64,000 bases of DNA, taken from assembly GCA_964348195.1 (NCBI GenBank), contig CAYGBX010000001.1, positions 15,148-79,147 on the forward strand, in the 5' to 3' direction. Below the pieces are notes generated by a model. It searched no databases. It was not told the origin of the DNA and was given only the letters and a program-made list of their open reading frames with translations. This stretch comes from an uncultured Anaerolineales bacterium (GTDB lineage Bacteria; Chloroflexota; Anaerolineae; UBA7937; JACPPX01). A program made the position numbers and the translations under genes. Below, one piece after another: positions 58,613 through 64,000 of this stretch. Each line of letters begins with the position of its first letter. The stretch's first letter is position 1.

Positions 58613-59452
58613 ATGGTGAAGGACGCAGTGGGGCAAGTGGGCGTCTTCACCTTTCTCTCGGTCCGGTTTGTCCTCGGGGCGATCCTTCTCACCGGTGCGG
58701 TTCGCATCGCGCGCCTCCGGCCCTCGCGGCGCTTGCTGGCCTCGGGCGCGCTGATAGGTCTCTTTCTATTTGGAGGATATGCACTTCAGACACTGGGACT
58801 TCGGTCGACCACTGCGTCCAAAGCCGGATTCATCACTGGCCTATCGGTGGCCTTGGTGCCATTCCTCTCAGCCTCTCTCCTGAGGAGACGACCTACTCCT
58901 CCGGCACTGGTCGGCGTGGCCCTGGCGACGGCTGGCCTAGCCCTCCTCACCCGGCTGGACCTTGTCCTTCTTGCCGATGGCCGATCTACCTTCAACCAAG
59001 GAGACCTCCTGGTTCTGGGCGGGGCGACCTTCTTCGCGCTCCACATCGTGGCTGTGGGCCGCTTCGCACCTGACCATCCCGCCCGGCCTCTCGCGGCGGC
59101 CCAGGTGACGACCGTCGCGCTGGTCAGTTTGCCCTTGGCCGTGGGTGAGGGCTTCTCTTGGCCCCTGCCCACGTCCGTGTGGGGCGCTGCCGCGTTCACG
59201 GGAGTGCTGGCCACTGGCCTGGCGTTCCTGGTTCAGACCGCAGCCCAACGATACACCTCCCCCACGCACACCGCGCTGCTGTTTGCGACGGAGCCGGTGT
59301 TCGCCGCCCTGTTTGGGTTCCTCCTCGCCGCCGAGACGCTCTCCTCAGTCCAGATCCTTGGATGCGTGCTCATCCTGGCCGGAATGCTCGCGGCAGAGCT
59401 CCCGCTAGGGCTCCGGTCTCGGCCGAGCCCGTCTTCGCACAGGGCATGCTGA
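58613..59452 (+). CDS. EamA/DMT-family transporter (start probably upstream, non-canonical)
   Basis: 279 aa with 9 TM from the ATG. The in-frame upstream sequence encodes an EamA TM1-like AALLGIALIWGATFVMV, but no ATG/GTG/TTG lies between the stop at 58526 and 58613. The only candidate is CTG 58577. Confidence 0.7.
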   Translation: MVKDAVGQVGVFTFLSVRFVLGAILLTGAVRIARLRPSRRLLASGALIGLFLFGGYALQTLGLRSTTASKAGFITGLSVALVPFLSASLLRRRPTPPALVGVALATAGLALLTRLDLVLLADGRSTFNQGDLLVLGGATFFALHIVAVGRFAPDHPARPLAAAQVTTVALVSLPLAVGEGFSWPLPTSVWGAAAFTGVLATGLAFLVQTAAQRYTSPTHTALLFATEPVFAALFGFLLAAETLSSVQILGCVLILAGMLAAELPLGLRSRPSPSSHRAC

Positions 59453-59546
59453 GCTTCCCGTCCAGATCGAGGCGCAACGGTCCAGCCCGGTCAGGAGTAG
59501 GGTCGAAACGTTTGCCCGAAAGCGGAAGCGTAGTTACAATCCCTCC

Positions 59547-60275
59547 GTGGGGACGATCCTTAACACGATCACCGTGATCCTCGGCGGCGGACTAGGCGCC
59601 GCGTTGGGACCTCGCGTGCCGGAGCGTGTGCAGCGGATCGTCATGGCGGGACTCGGTCTCCTCACCTTCGTCATCGGGATGGATCTGGCTCTCCACACGC
59701 AGAACATCCTGGTCCTGTTGATCAGCGTGCTCCTCGGAGGCGTGCTGGGGGAATGGTGGCGGATTGAGGATCGACTGGAGGCGGCGGGACGCTGGCTCGA
59801 GACTCGCGTGTCTCGTGGGGACGGAGGCGAGGGCGGGTCGGTTGCCCAGGGATTCGTCATCGCAAGCCTGGTCTTCTGCGTCGGTCCCTTGACCATCGTG
59901 GGATCGATCCAGGATGGCCTGACAGGAGACTTCTCGCTTCTCGCCATCAAGTCCGGTCTCGACGGATTCGCAGGCTTGGCTCTGGCGTCTACCCTAGGGG
60001 TCGGGGTTCCTCTCGCCGCCCTCACGGTGCTCCTCTATCAAGGCACACTCACGCTGCTGGCCGCGCAGGCACAGTCCCTAGTGTCGCAGGCCATGACAAC
60101 GGAACTATCGGCCACGGGAGGGGTTCTGATCCTTGGGATCGGGCTGATCCTGCTGGACATCCGAAGGCTGCCCGTAGCCAACTACCTCCCCGGACTCCTG
60201 CTCGCACCACTGTTGGTGTCTGGGCTTGAAGCCGCCGGGATCGACCCTGTCTTGGCCCACTGGTTCTCTAGCTAA
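59547..60275 (+). CDS. DUF554-family membrane protein (YqgA-like)
   Basis: 242 aa. GTG start. Hydrophobic throughout, with conserved GSIQDGLTGD. Confidence 0.75.
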   Translation: MGTILNTITVILGGGLGAALGPRVPERVQRIVMAGLGLLTFVIGMDLALHTQNILVLLISVLLGGVLGEWWRIEDRLEAAGRWLETRVSRGDGGEGGSVAQGFVIASLVFCVGPLTIVGSIQDGLTGDFSLLAIKSGLDGFAGLALASTLGVGVPLAALTVLLYQGTLTLLAAQAQSLVSQAMTTELSATGGVLILGIGLILLDIRRLPVANYLPGLLLAPLLVSGLEAAGIDPVLAHWFSS

Positions 60276-60288
60276 GGAGACACAAACT

Positions 60289-61377
60289 ATGGAAGTGAAC
60301 CGAGATGGAGACGTTGCTGTCTTCATCGACTTCGAGAATATCTACATTTCGGTGCACGACGAGTACGACTCGGATCCGAACTTCGAGTCCATCATGGACC
60401 GATGCCAAGAGTACGGCCGAGTCACGATCGCGCGCGCCTACGCCGACTGGTATAGGTACCCCCGTGTGACGTCGGCGCTGTATGCCAATGGCATTGAACC
60501 CATGTATGTCCCCACCTACTACTACGAGCGAGGGGGACGTCGCGGAAGCCGCAAGGCGCTCAAGAACAGCGTGGACATCCACCTGGTGATCGATGCCATG
60601 CGGACTCTCCACAATCACCCCAACATCCGGACCTACGTCTTCGCGACCGGAGATCGCGATTTCATTCCACTGATCAACAGCGTGCGGCAGAACGGGAAAC
60701 AGGCGGTGGTGATCGGGGTCGGGGGCGCCGCCTCTTCCCATCTGGCGCAGAGCGCCGACGAGTTTCTCTTCTACCGACAATTGGCGGAGATCGAGGCGGA
60801 GGCGAAGGCGAAGGACCCATACAAGACGCTGGTGGAAGCGGTCAAGGTCTCGCGACAGCGCGGCACCGCCAGTACCATGGCGTCCCTGAAGCTCCTCCTC
60901 ATTGAGCTCATGGGCGGCTTCGACGAGCGCGACTACAAGGCTCCGGATGGCAAGGCCTTCGCGAAGTTCAAGGACTTCGTGAAGGAAGCTGAGCGCAAGG
61001 GGTTGGTCCAGATCTTCACCAGCGGCACGGTGAACGAGGTGTTCCTTCCCGGCGAGGACCCCTATGAGCTCAGCCAGTTTGCCTCTCGGGTCCCGACCGA
61101 GGAAGAGCGCGAGGAGGAAGAGCGCGAGAAGGGTGAGTTCTCAGAGAGTGAGTGGCGGGTCTTTCGCGAGAGCATGGCCCAGTACGACGAGCCAGTTTTG
61201 TTCGTCCAGATCTTCAACTCTCTCCGGGGCCTGCGGAACCAGGACGTGATCGATCTCTCGAACGCCGAGATCAAGGATATGATCAAGCAGGCCATCGACG
61301 CCGACCTCCTGATCCGCACTACCAAAGGCGTTCACGCTTACTACGCGCTCGACGCCAGCAAGCCTCTCCCGGTGTAG
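60289..61377 (+). CDS. NYN-domain (LabA-like PIN nuclease fold) protein with C-terminal OST-HTH/LOTUS domain
   Basis: SD AAGGAGA 8 nt upstream of ATG 60289. VAVFIDFENIY, ARAYADW, DIHLVIDAM, FVFATGDRDFIPLINSVRQNGKQAVVIGV. Acidic linker. C-terminal helical domain. The track extends the start to 60226 inside the upstream gene. Confidence 0.8.
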   Translation: MEVNRDGDVAVFIDFENIYISVHDEYDSDPNFESIMDRCQEYGRVTIARAYADWYRYPRVTSALYANGIEPMYVPTYYYERGGRRGSRKALKNSVDIHLVIDAMRTLHNHPNIRTYVFATGDRDFIPLINSVRQNGKQAVVIGVGGAASSHLAQSADEFLFYRQLAEIEAEAKAKDPYKTLVEAVKVSRQRGTASTMASLKLLLIELMGGFDERDYKAPDGKAFAKFKDFVKEAERKGLVQIFTSGTVNEVFLPGEDPYELSQFASRVPTEEEREEEEREKGEFSESEWRVFRESMAQYDEPVLFVQIFNSLRGLRNQDVIDLSNAEIKDMIKQAIDADLLIRTTKGVHAYYALDASKPLPV

Positions 61378-61382
61378 GGGGG

Positions 61383-62291
61383 ATGAGCGAGGGGATCTTG
61401 GCAGAAAGGGAAGACATCCTGGTCATCGCCAACCCGGCGGCTCGTCACGGCGAGGGGGGACGTCGGCTTCCGGTCCTCCAGCAGACGCTGAAGGACCTGG
61501 GGCTACCCCACGAGGTCTCGGTGACCAGTGGGCCGGAGGACGCCATTCACCTGGCTCGAGAGGGCGCAGAGTCGGGGTACAAGGTCATCGTAGCTGCGGG
61601 CGGCGACGGCACCATGCACGAGGTGGCCAACGGGCTCCTCCTCGCGGGCGACGGCGACACGCTTCTGGGGTGCGTACCTCTGGGAAACGGCAACGACTTC
61701 TGCCACGCTCTAGGCATCCCCCAGGCGATCGACGAGGCCTGCCAGCTCCTGGCAGAGCGGCCGGTCCGGTCCATCGATGTCGGCCGCGTTGGCTCCCGAT
61801 TCTTCATCAACACCTTGGGCGTCGGGTTCGACGCACAGGCGGGGATCGAGTCTCGAAAGATCCCCTGGCTGCGAGGCCTTCCCCTCTACCTTGTGGCCAT
61901 TTTCAGGAGCTTGCGTGCCTACTCGATTCCAACCATCACCGTGACCTATGACGGAGAGTCCCTGACGCAGCCGATGACGATGATCGTCCTCTGCAACGGC
62001 CCGCGAGAGGGCGGGGGCTTCCTCGTAGCGCCCGGCGCGAAGGTGGACGACGGGATTCTCGAGGTGGTCCTGGCGCGGGGCCTCAGCCGGCTGGGTATCC
62101 TGCGGCTGCTTCCCGAGGTGATGCGTGGGACGCACCTGGACAAAGAGCCCGTCACCCTTTTGCGCGGGCAGCGACTGCTTTTGGAGTCCCCGAGCCCCTT
62201 CCCCGTCCACGCCGACGGCGAGATCCTCCATCGAGGAGCCGAGCGGCTTGAGATCGAACTCCTTCCGAGACGCCTTGCTGTAGTTGCCTAG
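61383..62291 (+). CDS. Diacylglycerol/lipid kinase (DAGK_cat, YegS-like)
   Basis: ILVIANPAARHG, VIVAAGGDGTMHEVANGL, PLGNGNDF. C-terminal beta-sandwich. ATG 5 nt after the upstream stop. Confidence 0.85.
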   Translation: MSEGILAEREDILVIANPAARHGEGGRRLPVLQQTLKDLGLPHEVSVTSGPEDAIHLAREGAESGYKVIVAAGGDGTMHEVANGLLLAGDGDTLLGCVPLGNGNDFCHALGIPQAIDEACQLLAERPVRSIDVGRVGSRFFINTLGVGFDAQAGIESRKIPWLRGLPLYLVAIFRSLRAYSIPTITVTYDGESLTQPMTMIVLCNGPREGGGFLVAPGAKVDDGILEVVLARGLSRLGILRLLPEVMRGTHLDKEPVTLLRGQRLLLESPSPFPVHADGEILHRGAERLEIELLPRRLAVVA

Positions 62292-62879
62292 ATGCCCGGT
62301 CCCCCTTCGCTGATCGCCTCGGCCGGGCTGGGGTACCTCCTCGGGTCCGTGCCCTTCGGGGTGATCGTAACGCGGCTCTGGAGCGGGGTGGATCTTCGTA
62401 GCGGCGGAAGCGGGCACAGCGGTGCTCTCAACACGTATCGCACAGCCGGCCTGCTTCCAGGCCTGATCGTGGCCTTCGCTGACATGGGAAAGGCCGTCGC
62501 CGCGGTCCTTGTTGGAGAGGCACTGGATCCAAGCGGCTGGGGGGCGGCGCTGGCCGGGGCCGCGGCTATCGCCGGCCACTGTTGGCCACTGTTCGCCGGC
62601 TTCCGCGGGGGAATGGGGTTTGCCAGCGGCATCGCGGTACTGCTCTATCTCCGGTTCTGGAGTGTGCCCTTGCTCGCTCTGGTATGGGTAGGCTGGGTGG
62701 CCATCTTTCGACACTTCCCGCGGAGCCAGGCCGCCACCGCGGCCAGCATGCCGGCCGTCCTCTGGATTCTCGGCGGCGATCCGCCTCTTCTGACCTTCGG
62801 ACTCCTGGCCGGCGGGATTGTGTTCTTGCGGCACCTCCACGACCTGGACCGCCGTGAGCTGACCCTCGGCCTCCGCTAG
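62292..62879 (+). CDS. plsY: Glycerol-3-phosphate acyltransferase PlsY
   Basis: 195 aa. GYLLGSVPFG, SGGSGHSGALNTYR, HCWPLFAGFRGGMG. Confidence 0.9.
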   Translation: MPGPPSLIASAGLGYLLGSVPFGVIVTRLWSGVDLRSGGSGHSGALNTYRTAGLLPGLIVAFADMGKAVAAVLVGEALDPSGWGAALAGAAAIAGHCWPLFAGFRGGMGFASGIAVLLYLRFWSVPLLALVWVGWVAIFRHFPRSQAATAASMPAVLWILGGDPPLLTFGLLAGGIVFLRHLHDLDRRELTLGLR

Positions 62880-62894
62880 CTAAGCTCCTAGCGC

Positions 62895-63060
62895 AGCTAG
62901 AGAGCCGAACTCTGCGAAGCTTGTAGCAACGCCTAGAGGGCCGAGAGCCGTCCCCCCCGGCAGAAGGCGCCCAAGCTCAGCTTGAGAGCCGAGATCTTGA
63001 GGGGAAGCCTGCTCCCAGCTTCGGCAATAGAGCCAAGAGCTGTCTAGCCAGGGGCGAAGC
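62895..63060. repeat. Degenerate copies of the AGAGAGC(C/T)G intergenic repeat family
   Basis: CTAGAGAGCCG, TAGAGGGCCGAGAGCCG, TGAGAGCCGAG, ATAGAGCCAAGAGCTG within the plsY-ccdA spacer. Confidence 0.4.
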
Positions 63061-63191
63061 CCAAGACCTACAAGACAGCCCGATGCACGGTTGGAGATCC
63101 GGAAGAGCTTTGTAATGAAAGTTACGCACACTGCTGTCGCATTGGCTATACTATCCGCTGTACCCTAGTCATGTCCGATAGAGAGGTCCGC

Positions 63192-64000
63192 ATGAGCAGG
63201 ATCCGTAGACTGTCTTCGCTGGCCTCGGCGTGGCAGATGGCACCGCTCGCAGCGCTGGGAATCGTCGCCGCCAGCGCCGCAACCGTGTACGCCCAGGGAC
63301 TGGGCGGACCAAGCCTGGCGCCTCCTACGCAGACCATGCCAACGGACAGCATCCTCGTGATGGGCATCTTGGCCTTTGCTGCCGGAGTCCTGAGCTTCCT
63401 CTCCCCCTGCACCCTGCCGGTGCTGCCGGCATATTTCGCATTCACCTTCCAGGCCAGCCGCCGCCAGGTGGTCACCATGACACTCTCCTTTTTCGTAGGC
63501 CTGGCCGCTATCTTCAGCATCTTGGGAGCGAGCGCCACGTTGCTGGGGAATGTGCTTCGACAGCAGCTCCCTACACTCATCACCGTCGGAGGCTGGGTCA
63601 TCGTCATCTTCGGGGTCCTCACCATCCTCGGGAAGGGATTTCAGGGCCTGAATCTGCAGACCAAGCCCGCCGCCACGCTGGGCGGATCGCTGGCCTTCGG
63701 AGCGACATTTGCCTTGGGTTGGACTTCCTGCATCGGCCCCATTCTGGGGAGCCTCCTGATCCTGGCGGGCGCCACGGCCTCGGTATACGAAGGGATGATC
63801 TTCCTCTTCATCTACGCGCTCGGCCTCGGACTTCCCCTGATCCTGATCTCAGTGCTGATCGGCCGGAGCGATCGGAATGGGCGCGTGTGGCGGCTCCTGC
63901 GCGGAAGAGCCTGGGCCTTCGAGGTCCTGGGTCGCACGGTGCGCATCCACTCAACTTCCGCCGCCAGCGGGGTGCTGCTGGTGGTCCTCGGAGGGGCTAT
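63192..64000 (+). CDS. ccdA: Cytochrome c-type biogenesis protein CcdA (DsbD family), partial at window end
   Basis: SD GAGAGG before ATG 63192. Signal-like N-terminus. FLSPCTLPVLPAY and WTSCIGPILG redox-cysteine motifs. Runs off the window, so it is absent from the ORF track. Confidence 0.8.
   Translation, partial: MSRIRRLSSLASAWQMAPLAALGIVAASAATVYAQGLGGPSLAPPTQTMPTDSILVMGILAFAAGVLSFLSPCTLPVLPAYFAFTFQASRRQVVTMTLSFFVGLAAIFSILGASATLLGNVLRQQLPTLITVGGWVIVIFGVLTILGKGFQGLNLQTKPAATLGGSLAFGATFALGWTSCIGPILGSLLILAGATASVYEGMIFLFIYALGLGLPLILISVLIGRSDRNGRVWRLLRGRAWAFEVLGRTVRIHSTSAASGVLLVVLGGA

Noticed and set aside
63146-63625. Minus-strand 159-aa ORF
   Set aside because: It is antisense to the well-supported ccdA gene.

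Overview
This is a high-GC (about 67%) bacterial chromosomal window that is densely coding on both strands. I cannot place the lineage from sequence alone. The window falls into five blocks.

- **1-13.8 kb, minus strand:** a single tightly coupled operon. In transcription order it encodes a CheY-like receiver, a small two-helix membrane protein, a 2178-aa STAND/NACHT NTPase fused to a very long TPR array, a TPR plus caspase-like (CHAT-type) cysteine protease, two hypothetical proteins, MraZ, and a secreted Amidase_2 peptidoglycan amidase. This operon is the candidate novel system.
- **13.8-22 kb:** a 376-bp intergenic region with two tandem, perfect-spacing sigma-54 promoters (TGGCACG-N4-TTGC) and a pair of upstream GGGGG/CCCCC dyads. 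Next to it is an operon encoding sigma-54 itself (RpoN), two sensor kinases and an NtrC-type enhancer-binding protein. Sigma factor, sensors, activator and target promoters are therefore all contiguous.
- **22-32.4 kb:** a minus-strand operon of secreted or lipoprotein cell-envelope enzymes. These are two TolB-like PD40 beta-propeller proteins, a class A beta-lactamase-like hydrolase, an M23 peptidase, an M14 carboxypeptidase, an FG-GAP/CapA protein, a GATase1 lipoprotein and a RodZ-like HTH membrane protein.
- **32.5-52.6 kb:** housekeeping genes. These are an ATP-dependent DNA ligase, an ACT protein, a cupredoxin, era, an sdhCD-HAD-sdhA-sdhB operon, an HD hydrolase, and a large minus-strand nusA-ylxR-infB-rbfA-nrnA-truB-ribF-archease-rtcB operon.
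- **52.6-64 kb:** an M20 peptidase, a ChlI/ChlD-type AAA+/vWA protein, a class V aminotransferase, ornithine cyclodeaminase, MFS and EamA transporters, DUF554, an NYN/OST-HTH protein, a lipid kinase, plsY and ccdA (partial).

Non-coding highlights are a 37-bp hairpin tandem-repeat array at 52.65-52.93 kb and a dispersed intergenic AGAGAGC(C/T)G repeat family. No tRNA, rRNA, CRISPR or transposase genes were recognised.
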